Source of the DNA: a virus
Taxonomy: Duplodnaviria; Caudoviricetes
Direction: 5' to 3' (one strand)
Virus record (IMG/VR): IMGVR_UViG_3300030330_001188
Span: 1 to 40,981 of that record
Length of the DNA stretch: 40,981 bases
Shown here: piece by piece, positions 1 to 7,482 of the stretch
Numbering within the stretch: position 1 is the stretch's first letter
Layout: every line of letters begins with the position of its first letter
The notes under the pieces: generated by a model
What the model saw: the letters and a program-made list of their open reading frames with translations, nothing else
Databases searched by the model: none
Told to the model about the DNA's origin: nothing
Position numbers and translations under genes: made by a program

Positions 1-23
1 CGTAGAGTTCCAAAACTAATACT

Positions 24-59
24 AAGGGTAGGTGGTGTAAAAGCCATCTACCTTTTTTT
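24..59 (+). terminator. Intrinsic terminator
   Basis: Stem AGGGTAGGTGG / CCATCTACCTT followed by a T-run, just after a TAA at 17-19 that probably ends the ORF wrapping from 40565. Confidence 0.75.
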
Positions 60-381
60 ATGCTATTAGATTTATATATATTTTTTTTTGTTGTTGTGTT
101 AGGTCTACGGCAGGAAACCTCAGAGCTGTATTATTATGTAGGTATTATTGATTGTTGTTCTTTCCACTTTACTTTTGTATATATAACTATAAGAGAGAGA
201 AAGCAACTTGGCCTTTTTTTTAAAGCGTGTGCGTATCTGTATAAACTATTTATAACAAGGCACGTTGAGTTATAACCCAGGACGTGCGTCAAAAAACCCA
301 AGGCATTTGAATAATCTATATATAATGCCGAGCTGCTACCTTGAAAACAAAAGCCGACCAACTCGGTCAGAAAGGGATACT

Positions 382-738
382 ATGAGTAAATCAAATATAC
401 CAACTTTTCGTTGGGACAATATCCACGTTCCTTCAGAGAGTTTGCCAAAGAACTTAGACTTCAAGTACAGATGTACTATCTGTGACAAGAAGATACCTAA
501 GGCTAACAAGTTCTGTTACAAATGCAGACAAGAATACCAAGTCAATCACGACGGTATATTCAAATACAACATTGATAGATACGAACGCGAGAGACTTGCT
601 GAGAAAGATAAGATACTCAGGGAAGACAAAGCATACCCCATACGTTGTACTTTATGTAGAAAGAATAGAGTACGTAGAGATGGTGGTATCTGTGTAAGAT
701 GCCTTAAGTTCATAGGCGTTCTTGAGGAGGAAGAATAA
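382..738 (+). CDS. Double zinc-finger protein
   Basis: Two CxxC-x(9-10)-CxxC units (CTIC..CYKC, CTLC..CVRC). Start moved to ATG 382 behind AGAAAGGGA. Ends EEEE. Confidence 0.75.
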   Translation: MSKSNIPTFRWDNIHVPSESLPKNLDFKYRCTICDKKIPKANKFCYKCRQEYQVNHDGIFKYNIDRYERERLAEKDKILREDKAYPIRCTLCRKNRVRRDGGICVRCLKFIGVLEEEE

Positions 739-815
739 TGGAAGAAGAAGATTATACAAAATGTGGTAATCATCAACTAGGTTGTGATTGCACTAACTGG
801 GAGGAGGAGAAATAA
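738..815 (+). CDS. 25-aa Cys/His micro-protein (MEEEDYTKCGNHQLGCDCTNWEEEK)
   Basis: Translated by hand. TAATG coupling at both ends and a GAGGAGG SD. Confidence 0.6.
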   Translation: MEEEDYTKCGNHQLGCDCTNWEEEK

Positions 816-1033
816 TGCCAGGTATTAATTATACAACGTTCACACCTGAGGAATTTATTGATGGAAAAATTCTTGAGATGAACGAGGCTAACGAAACATA
901 TAGAAAGATGGCTAAGACTATTGGAGCTGATACTACTCAAGCTGATGCAGTCATGGGTAGAGGAACTGAAAATAGATTATTGTTGAGAGCTATATATCAA
1001 AGACTAAACGAAATCATAGGGGAGGAAGAATGA
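815..1033 (+). CDS. Hypothetical protein
   Basis: Strong SD GGAGGAG, coupled to neighbours, ends GEEE. Confidence 0.7.
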   Translation: MPGINYTTFTPEEFIDGKILEMNEANETYRKMAKTIGADTTQADAVMGRGTENRLLLRAIYQRLNEIIGEEE

Positions 1034-1257
1034 GTACTCCTCTTGAAGAACTACAAGAAACAGTAGAGCACCATGTGAAGAATGTAAAACATCTTATGAT
1101 GATTATAAAAAAGCAACGTGCTGATATAGAATTAGCTTTCGGGTTGATGACACCTGAACAGCAAGAAGTCTTTATAACTACTGTTAGAATTGCTGATGAA
1201 CAAGCTAAAGAGATTAAAGATAAGTATGAGGCTAGAGATGTGGATGAAGAAGAGTAA
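1030..1257 (+). CDS. Hypothetical coiled-coil protein
   Basis: ATGA overlap with the upstream gene, SD GGAGG, ends DEEE. Confidence 0.7.
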   Translation: MSTPLEELQETVEHHVKNVKHLMMIIKKQRADIELAFGLMTPEQQEVFITTVRIADEQAKEIKDKYEARDVDEEE

Positions 1258-1345
1258 GTTCAAACGCAAGAAACCTCAGAACAAGAGGACAATACAAATA
1301 GATTATCATTGTACGAAAGATGAAAGGGAGGATAATGATTTGTGA
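1244..1345 (+). CDS. 33-aa basic peptide (MKKSKFKRKKPQNKRTIQIDYHCTKDEREDNDL)
   Basis: Translated by hand. Fills the gap between genes but has only a weak SD. Confidence 0.35.
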   Translation: MKKSKFKRKKPQNKRTIQIDYHCTKDEREDNDL

Positions 1346-1499
1346 TAACTGCCGACAGGCAGAGTATAGTAAGTTAGCTATACATAGTAATGTCAAGTCT
1401 TCAGTTCACTATATAGTGAAGTGTTACACTTGTGGTTACGAAACAGTAAAGAAACTAAATACAAAGATGAGAGGAGAAACTTATGCCAAAAGCATTTGA
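1335..1499 (+). CDS. 54-aa zinc-ribbon protein
   Basis: MICDNC...KCYTCGY with SD GGGAGG. Below the ORF-track length cut-off. Confidence 0.7.
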   Translation: MICDNCRQAEYSKLAIHSNVKSSVHYIVKCYTCGYETVKKLNTKMRGETYAKSI

Positions 1500-2121
1500 T
1501 TCGTTTGACGACAACAAGACAGTAAAAGATACTGTTGCTAAAAGAGAATACAATGTACGACAATTCGTACATACTAATAACATGATTGACCCTAATGCAG
1601 TCAAAGATGCAGAGGACATTGAGGTAAGAGACTTTACCTTTCAAGCAGGTTCTTATCCTGAGGCTATGGGATTAATGCTCGGAGATATGGTACAGAACTA
1701 TGCGTATAATATGTGTGTAAAAGTTTTGCAGACTTTTCACGAATGGTTTGAACAGTCAGGTCAAGTACTTACAGATGAGAGAGCATTAGACATACTCAGG
1801 TCAGAGGGTATTATCACAGATGAAGATGATATCGAAGAGATAAAAGATAAAGTAAAAAACAAATGGCACGAGGTAATGATACCTGCAGGGTTTGCTGTTG
1901 ATGTGCTAGGTAAAATTGTTAGTAACTTTAGAGACATGGATAACTTATTGTTTTGGCAAGAGCCTGAACTAATCATAATGGGTAATCCTAATCTTGTTAA
2001 GAATATGAACGTTACAGCCGAGACACTCGGTGATAAAGCAAAAGATGGTGTGAAGGATATAGAACAGTATCTAGTAAACTTTACATCTAAGAGTAAAAGT
2101 AAGAAAGCAGAGGAAGAATGA
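1483..2121 (+). CDS. Hypothetical acidic protein, 212 aa
   Basis: SD GAGGAG, long ORF, no recognised motif, ends AEEE. Confidence 0.75.
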   Translation: MPKAFDSFDDNKTVKDTVAKREYNVRQFVHTNNMIDPNAVKDAEDIEVRDFTFQAGSYPEAMGLMLGDMVQNYAYNMCVKVLQTFHEWFEQSGQVLTDERALDILRSEGIITDEDDIEEIKDKVKNKWHEVMIPAGFAVDVLGKIVSNFRDMDNLLFWQEPELIIMGNPNLVKNMNVTAETLGDKAKDGVKDIEQYLVNFTSKSKSKKAEEE

Positions 2122-2459
2122 TTAATGAAGTAGATAAAGCTACAGTTCTATCATTAGAAGACATCAAAGAAAACTACAAGACTACAGTATTTGTGGGACA
2201 AACTAGAAGTAGATTTAATGATGATGTGTTTCAAGAAGCACTGCAACTAGCGTTAGAAAATCCAAATAAATATATTAGGTTCTTTGAGTACTCACATGAA
2301 GAATTACTCATGGTGAAGAAAGAAGACAATGCTTTGAAATCTTTTTGTAAAGGTTACTTTGCTAAAAGAAAGATGAAGACTTTCAAAGTACAATCAATAA
2401 GACAAGGTAACAAGGTTACAGGGTTTCTTGTCAATATAAAATTAGACGAAGAAGAATGA
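2118..2459 (+). CDS. Hypothetical protein, 113 aa
   Basis: ATGA overlap with the upstream gene, ends DEEE. Confidence 0.75.
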   Translation: MINEVDKATVLSLEDIKENYKTTVFVGQTRSRFNDDVFQEALQLALENPNKYIRFFEYSHEELLMVKKEDNALKSFCKGYFAKRKMKTFKVQSIRQGNKVTGFLVNIKLDEEE

Positions 2460-2488
2460 GTTTCTACACATAACGGAAACGCATAACT

Positions 2489-2762
2489 GAGCTACTTACA
2501 AGTAGGGGTAGGTATTCTATCTCTGTTGCCCTACTACTGAAAGTAGGTAGCTCGTACTACATGGGACGCAGCCCTTTCTGTTGATACGTGCATACATAAT
2601 GTGTTTCGTGTAGTACGAGCTATCTATGAAGTACAGGAGTGTGTACACATAAACTACAAGTAAACTGTGAAGTAGGTAGCTTGTAGCACATAGGAAATAT
2701 CTAAACCACATTCGTGTAGTTTGTTTATTGCTAACATACCTGTGTGTTACAAGCTATCTATA
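2489..2762 (+). ncRNA. Structured intergenic RNA: two related long hairpins plus an alternative pairing arm
   Basis: 2543-2570 pairs with 2600-2627 (28 bp, 6 G-U) and 2672-2694 pairs with 2739-2761 (23 bp, 4 G-U). Both are closed by GTAGGTAGCT/AGCTATCTAT, with compensatory changes between the copies. Confidence 0.7.
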
Positions 2763-2776
2763 TAGAGGAGGAATAT

Positions 2777-3112
2777 ATGATAGAAAAAATACAGTGGATA
2801 ATCAATCCGATTGCCCACAGAAAAAAGCAAAGGTTATTTGCTGAGGCCATGTATGAAAAGAATAAGAAAGTTCATGAACAAAATGGATTTTTCTTTATTG
2901 ATACATTAGTAGATAATGGATTGCCTGATGACTTATGGGTATGTGATTTGTGTAACGTTCAGATGAATGTTGAAATACATATACCAGTAGTAGATAACTT
3001 AGCAATGTGTGAAACTTGCTATAAGACAAACGAAAAGTATATCACACCAAAAACAATGGAAAGTGAATGTACTTTAGAATGTTGTGAAATGGAGGAAAAA
3101 TATGCAACATAA
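2777..3112 (+). CDS. Zinc-finger protein
   Basis: CDLC...CETC and a C-terminal CTLECC. Start at ATG 2777 after GAGGAGG. Confidence 0.75.
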   Translation: MIEKIQWIINPIAHRKKQRLFAEAMYEKNKKVHEQNGFFFIDTLVDNGLPDDLWVCDLCNVQMNVEIHIPVVDNLAMCETCYKTNEKYITPKTMESECTLECCEMEEKYAT

Positions 3113-3671
3113 TTACAGAGTGGAGACTCACGAATACAACTATCTTGTACTAACAACCAATGTACTACAGACATTGAATGAAGAAAGTATAAAGAAAGGT
3201 TACAATCGTAATCTCCGTAGAGGTTTCTTTGATGCTGCTGCAGGTGTTAAAGATGCTTCTGAAATAACAGACAGAGTGGCTATTGATAACTATCCTGTCA
3301 CTTGTGTAATGGCTATGCCGCATTACCACAAGCAAGGAAAACTAACAATGCCACACGTGAGAGCTATGTTCAATGTACCTACTGTACCAGTAACTAGCAT
3401 AAACCAACCTATTGATTTCAAAGAAGTCAAGTGGGAACAAGTTCTGATTGATATTGCAGGTGAGACTTGGGAGAACATACCTACTGTTCGTCCATACGCT
3501 TGGATTGATGTTCCAGAAGGTAGCTCATACGAGAGACAAATACTTGACGCGGCTGAGGCTAAGTTCAAGAATGATAGTGATGCAACTATAGAAGATATAG
3601 AAAATTTCCTATCAAATTCAGAGAAAGAGTTCTTCAATGACTATGCGAAAAGTCAGCAAGAAGAAGAGTAA
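3102..3671 (+). CDS. Hypothetical protein
   Basis: ATG 3102 after GGAGG. His-containing segment PHYH...PHVR. Ends QEEE. Confidence 0.75.
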   Translation: MQHNYRVETHEYNYLVLTTNVLQTLNEESIKKGYNRNLRRGFFDAAAGVKDASEITDRVAIDNYPVTCVMAMPHYHKQGKLTMPHVRAMFNVPTVPVTSINQPIDFKEVKWEQVLIDIAGETWENIPTVRPYAWIDVPEGSSYERQILDAAEAKFKNDSDATIEDIENFLSNSEKEFFNDYAKSQQEEE

Positions 3672-3695
3672 TAAATAGAAAGTGAGAAGATAATT

Positions 3696-4382
3696 ATGAA
3701 TAGTTGGGAACTATTTAACAAAGTGATAGGTACATCTGACAGGATTTTACTTTATGGTAAACCTGGTACAGGTAAAACTTATCAAGCAACAAAAGTAAAC
3801 GTGCCTGAAGGCAAGAATGTATACAGTACTACATTGACTATAGATAGTACTGCAGCAGAGATGGTCGGTCATTATATTCCAAACGAGGCAGGTACCTATG
3901 ATTGGAATGACGGCTTAGCTATACGTGCATGGCGAGAAGGTACAAGACTAATCATCAACGAGATTGACCACGCAGGTCCTGATGTTACATCAGTACTTCA
4001 CGCAATCCTTGATGATGCAGACATTGCTAGGTATACATTACCTAACAGCAAGAAAGAAACTGTAATGCCTGCTAAAGGTTTTACTGTTATTGCAACTATG
4101 AATGGAACGCCTGATATGCTACCTGAGGCATTGGCAGACAGGTTCGGAGTTAAGATTGATATTAACACTGTACACCCTGATGCGATTGCTTCACTACCTG
4201 AAAACTACAGGTCAGTATACACACAGCGAGATGAAGATGACATACCTATGTCTATCCGTGCTTGGAAAGAATTTTCTAAGTTGGTAGGTGCAGGTGTAGA
4301 TATCAAAAGCTCTGCAACTGTGTGTTTTGGTAAAGATTATGCTAATGACGTTATTGATGCTATAGAGCTACAAGATGTTTAG
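3696..4382 (+). CDS. MoxR/CbbQ/NirQ-type AAA+ ATPase
   Basis: Walker A GKPGTGKT, Walker B LIINEID, sensor ATMN, Arg finger ALADRF, sensor-2 SIR. Adjacent vWA gene. Confidence 0.88.
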   Translation: MNSWELFNKVIGTSDRILLYGKPGTGKTYQATKVNVPEGKNVYSTTLTIDSTAAEMVGHYIPNEAGTYDWNDGLAIRAWREGTRLIINEIDHAGPDVTSVLHAILDDADIARYTLPNSKKETVMPAKGFTVIATMNGTPDMLPEALADRFGVKIDINTVHPDAIASLPENYRSVYTQRDEDDIPMSIRAWKEFSKLVGAGVDIKSSATVCFGKDYANDVIDAIELQDV

Positions 4383-5838
4383 AAGCAAATCAGTTGAGAG
4401 AAAGAGTAAGTCTAATGGCTTACTCAATCTCGCGTTACAAGACAATGAGTGGTTAATTAAAACTGGTGCTAATGAATACCAAGTAGACCATGGTAACAAA
4501 GATATATTGCTGCCGTTGGATTTGGTTAATGCTAATACAAAGCAAACGTTCAACAAAGTAATGAAGATACTAGCTTTAGCTGACGCTAAGTATGGCAAAG
4601 CACCGAAGATGGTAGGAGTAAAACATCTTCAACCATACTATATAGATATGGCAATGATGTTATCTGTGTATTGGTATACTCAGAAGAAAGCATTTCCAAA
4701 ATTCGACATTCCAAGAAGTATGCAATTTTATACTGCTTGGATGAACAATGATGGCAAAGCAGAAGGCATTGCTGAAATGGTAAAGAATAATGTAACACTG
4801 AAGTTCATAGTCAAAGCAATGATTAATGACCCGTGGTTGGCATTACACGAATCACGATACAAAACTAACATACCTTATCTATTGTCTTACAATGTAGAAT
4901 CTAGTACCTTTTCTAATTTAGATAAAGGTGAGATGAAGTCACGTGGTAAAGAGCTATGCAGGATTGTAGCTACTGCAGTTGAAATGACAATGAGTGTTCG
5001 TAAAGATGCAAAGAAATTCCCTACAGCAAGGTTGAAAGAAGTTGCTCAGTACTTACACGACATGTGTGAAGATAACAATTTACTATATCATTCTATGCCT
5101 AGTGAAGCTATGGAAGGAATAGGAGATATAGAAATTGATTTGATGGGAATGAAAGACTTTTCAGACGAGAACAATACCAATCTCGAAAGTGCAATAAACA
5201 ATGCAATGAGAAGAGATGGCACAGATGTTAGATGGGCAAAGATGGAGATATCTTATCCATTGCTAGAGAAGTCTTTACCTAACAAACTATTGGGTAAGTC
5301 AAAGAAGTACAGTGATATGGGTGTTGCACCTAGAGCTATGCATAGAGACTTGACTGATAAGAAAGTATTTACTTCTAAGAGTAAAAGAAAATCAGGTACA
5401 GTTCTTATAGATGTGAGTGGCTCTATGTCATTTACCGAAGAAGATGTACAAGAAATCATTGAAACATTACCTGCTAGTACAGTAGCAATATACTCAGGTG
5501 ATAGTGATGCTGATGCCAAAGAACCACATAAGGTTAAAGGAACCCTTCGTATTGTTGGTAAGAATGGTAGATACGTTAAGTACATACCTGACCACGGGTT
5601 GCACAATCTTATTGATGGTCCTGCTATTGAGTGGTTATCGAAACAAGCCGAGCCAAGAATACTTGTAAGCGATTTACAATTTACAGGTATTGATTACGCT
5701 AATCTAAAGTATGGTGAGGTTAGCTGTTCAGCAGAACTAATTACTGAATGTATGCAAATGATTGCAACTAAGAATATCATACCTATTCCAAATATAGATA
5801 AAGCAAAAGAATGGGTGGTTAAGTACAGAAACGCTTAA
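4375..5838 (+). CDS. vWA (MIDAS) domain protein, partner of the MoxR ATPase
   Basis: VLIDVSGSM (DxSxS), later DG and LVSD. Overlaps the ATPase gene. Confidence 0.82.
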   Translation: MFRSKSVERKSKSNGLLNLALQDNEWLIKTGANEYQVDHGNKDILLPLDLVNANTKQTFNKVMKILALADAKYGKAPKMVGVKHLQPYYIDMAMMLSVYWYTQKKAFPKFDIPRSMQFYTAWMNNDGKAEGIAEMVKNNVTLKFIVKAMINDPWLALHESRYKTNIPYLLSYNVESSTFSNLDKGEMKSRGKELCRIVATAVEMTMSVRKDAKKFPTARLKEVAQYLHDMCEDNNLLYHSMPSEAMEGIGDIEIDLMGMKDFSDENNTNLESAINNAMRRDGTDVRWAKMEISYPLLEKSLPNKLLGKSKKYSDMGVAPRAMHRDLTDKKVFTSKSKRKSGTVLIDVSGSMSFTEEDVQEIIETLPASTVAIYSGDSDADAKEPHKVKGTLRIVGKNGRYVKYIPDHGLHNLIDGPAIEWLSKQAEPRILVSDLQFTGIDYANLKYGEVSCSAELITECMQMIATKNIIPIPNIDKAKEWVVKYRNA

Positions 5839-5839
5839 C

Positions 5840-5889
5840 AGTGAGTAGCTTAATATATTATAATTATATGTGTTAGGCTTTTACTCACT
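5840..5889 (+). other. Long G-U-containing hairpin after the vWA gene
   Basis: AGTGAGTA/TACTCACT plus GCTTAATATAT/ATGTGTTAGGC (3 G-U). Confidence 0.5.
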
Positions 5890-5907
5890 TTGTGCTTAAC
5901 ACATTGA

Positions 5908-5949
5908 ACGGGATACGGACACGCAAGTGCTCGTGTCCCGTTTTTTTTT
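5908..5949 (+). terminator. Intrinsic terminator
   Basis: ACGGGATACG...CGTGTCCCGT stem with a GCAA-looped tip, followed by a T-run. Confidence 0.85.
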
Positions 5950-6043
5950 GCTCTTTATACGCGTGTGTATTACACGAAAAAAATTTTGCCTTCCTTACGC
6001 GTGCGTATACTTTCTTAATTTTCTGCACATTTTCGCAAACTTC

Positions 6044-6052
6044 TGTTAATAT
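6044..6052 (+). promoter_or_regulatory. Extended -10 promoter, probably leaderless transcript
   Basis: TGTTAATAT ends 7 nt before ATG 6060, which has no SD. Confidence 0.55.
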
Positions 6053-6059
6053 TATAGAT

Positions 6060-6290
6060 ATGAGTAAAAATATAAACGAACTTCTCAACAGTGTCGTTTC
6101 TAATTCGGGAAAGTGGTACGAAAATGTATCATCAGAAGTGCAAGAATTTTTAGATGGTGTTGCAGGGTTAGTAGAACAAGGTAAGCAAGTTAATGCAGTT
6201 ACAATCACAGATATCTTAGATGAACAATTTAAAATTAATATTACCCCAACGAGTGTGAGAAATTGGTTAAGAGAAATAAAGAAGAGATAG
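6060..6290 (+). CDS. Small helix-turn-helix protein
   Basis: AVTITDILDEQFKINITPTSVRNWL is HTH-like. Start moved from 5892, whose upstream part runs through the terminator. Confidence 0.65.
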   Translation: MSKNINELLNSVVSNSGKWYENVSSEVQEFLDGVAGLVEQGKQVNAVTITDILDEQFKINITPTSVRNWLREIKKR

Positions 6291-7327
6291 CAGAACTTCT
6301 CGCGGAAGTTACTGACAGCAAGTATGCTGAGCTTAAAGAAACCAATGAAAGATTACTTAAAAAGATTGACAAACTCAAAGACAGAAAAGCTGACTTGATT
6401 GACGCAGTATATACTGCAGTCAAAGATGGTATATTATCTTTAGACTTACCTCCAGTAAAACCTCCACCTAAGACAAAGAAAACAGCAGGAGAAGAACTAT
6501 GTGTGCCACTTCTATCAGACATACAATTAGCTAAGACTACACCTACGTATTCCACGAAAGAAGCAGAAGAAAGAGTTGTAAGATACGCAAATAAAATCTC
6601 AGACCTAGCCCGTCTTCAAAGAGCTCATCACCCTGTACGTAAAGCTGCAGTGCTATGCCTAGGTGACATAGTGGAAGGTGAATTGATTTTTCCTGGGCAG
6701 TCTCACTTGATTGATGCAAGTTTATACAGGCAAGTTACTGTAGATGGTCCACGTATCCTCCATAAATTTTTCTCAATACTGCTACACGAGTTTGAAGAAG
6801 TAGAAGTTTACTGGGTGATTGGTAATCACGGTGCATTAGGTGGTCGTTCACGTAGGGACTACAACCCTGAAACTAACGCTGACCGTATGCTAGGAAAAAT
6901 ATTAGAGACAATGTTTGCTAATGAACCACGTATAAAATTCATAGTTCCTGATGGAGGTAATGAACGTAACTGGTATCTTGTTGCAAATCTAGGTGTTAAA
7001 GCAAAGTTTATGTGCTTTCACGGTGACCAAATCAGAGGTCACGCAGGTATTCCTTGGTATGGATACAACAAAAAAATACTAGGTTGGAAATCTTTAGCAG
7101 CAAATGGATTAATGGAAAACTTTACACACGCAGTATGTGGTCACTATCACACACCAACAACAATGTATATTAATGATACACGTGTGTGGGTAAACGGCAG
7201 CACAGAAAGTTATAATACATTTGCACAAGAACAGTTAGCTAGTATGGGTAGGCCTTCACAGTTTTGTTTATTTGTCAAACCTAACAAAGGTGTAACAGCA
7301 GAATATTTGGTAAACTTGGAGGAGTAG
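6263..7327 (+). CDS. Calcineurin-like metallophosphoesterase with N-terminal coiled coil
   Basis: Motifs SDIQ, LGDIVEG, GNHG, HGD and GHYH. Confidence 0.85.
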   Translation: MVKRNKEEIAELLAEVTDSKYAELKETNERLLKKIDKLKDRKADLIDAVYTAVKDGILSLDLPPVKPPPKTKKTAGEELCVPLLSDIQLAKTTPTYSTKEAEERVVRYANKISDLARLQRAHHPVRKAAVLCLGDIVEGELIFPGQSHLIDASLYRQVTVDGPRILHKFFSILLHEFEEVEVYWVIGNHGALGGRSRRDYNPETNADRMLGKILETMFANEPRIKFIVPDGGNERNWYLVANLGVKAKFMCFHGDQIRGHAGIPWYGYNKKILGWKSLAANGLMENFTHAVCGHYHTPTTMYINDTRVWVNGSTESYNTFAQEQLASMGRPSQFCLFVKPNKGVTAEYLVNLEE

Positions 7328-7329
7328 TT

Positions 7330-7482
7330 ATGTGTTATTATTGCGGACAACACTTGCGTATAAATAATGCAGTACTAGTATGTTTAAACGTTCTATGTAA
7401 ACTATACGGGGAAGAACAAAATCAAAAGACAGTTGATGTAGTAGTAAAAGATAAGGAGGAATTATGGGAAGATTCAATCTAA
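7330..7482 (+). CDS. 50-aa zinc-ribbon protein
   Basis: MCYYCGQ...VCLNVLC with SD GGAGGAG. Translated by hand. Confidence 0.6.
   Translation: MCYYCGQHLRINNAVLVCLNVLCKLYGEEQNQKTVDVVVKDKEELWEDSI

Noticed and set aside
60-361. ORFs 60-275 (+) and 134-361 (-)
   Set aside because: Low-complexity T-rich intergenic sequence with no SD and atypical composition.
1405-1420. Palindrome TTCACTATATAGTGAA as an NrdR box
   Set aside because: The core is 2 nt too short, it is unpaired, and it lies inside a coding region.
2517-2711. 64-aa minus-strand ORF
   Set aside because: Opposite to the operon direction and explained by the + strand RNA structure.
2489-2762. CRISPR or TIGR-like array
   Set aside because: Only two units, built as long inverted arms rather than regular direct repeats. 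No Cas or Nop-domain protein recognised.
3300-3375. PHYH as an HUH rolling-circle motif
   Set aside because: It is followed by KQG rather than a hydrophobic strand, and there is no clear catalytic YxxK motif.
5892-6059. N-terminal extension of ORF 5892-6290
   Set aside because: It runs through a terminator and promoter. The real start is probably ATG 6060.
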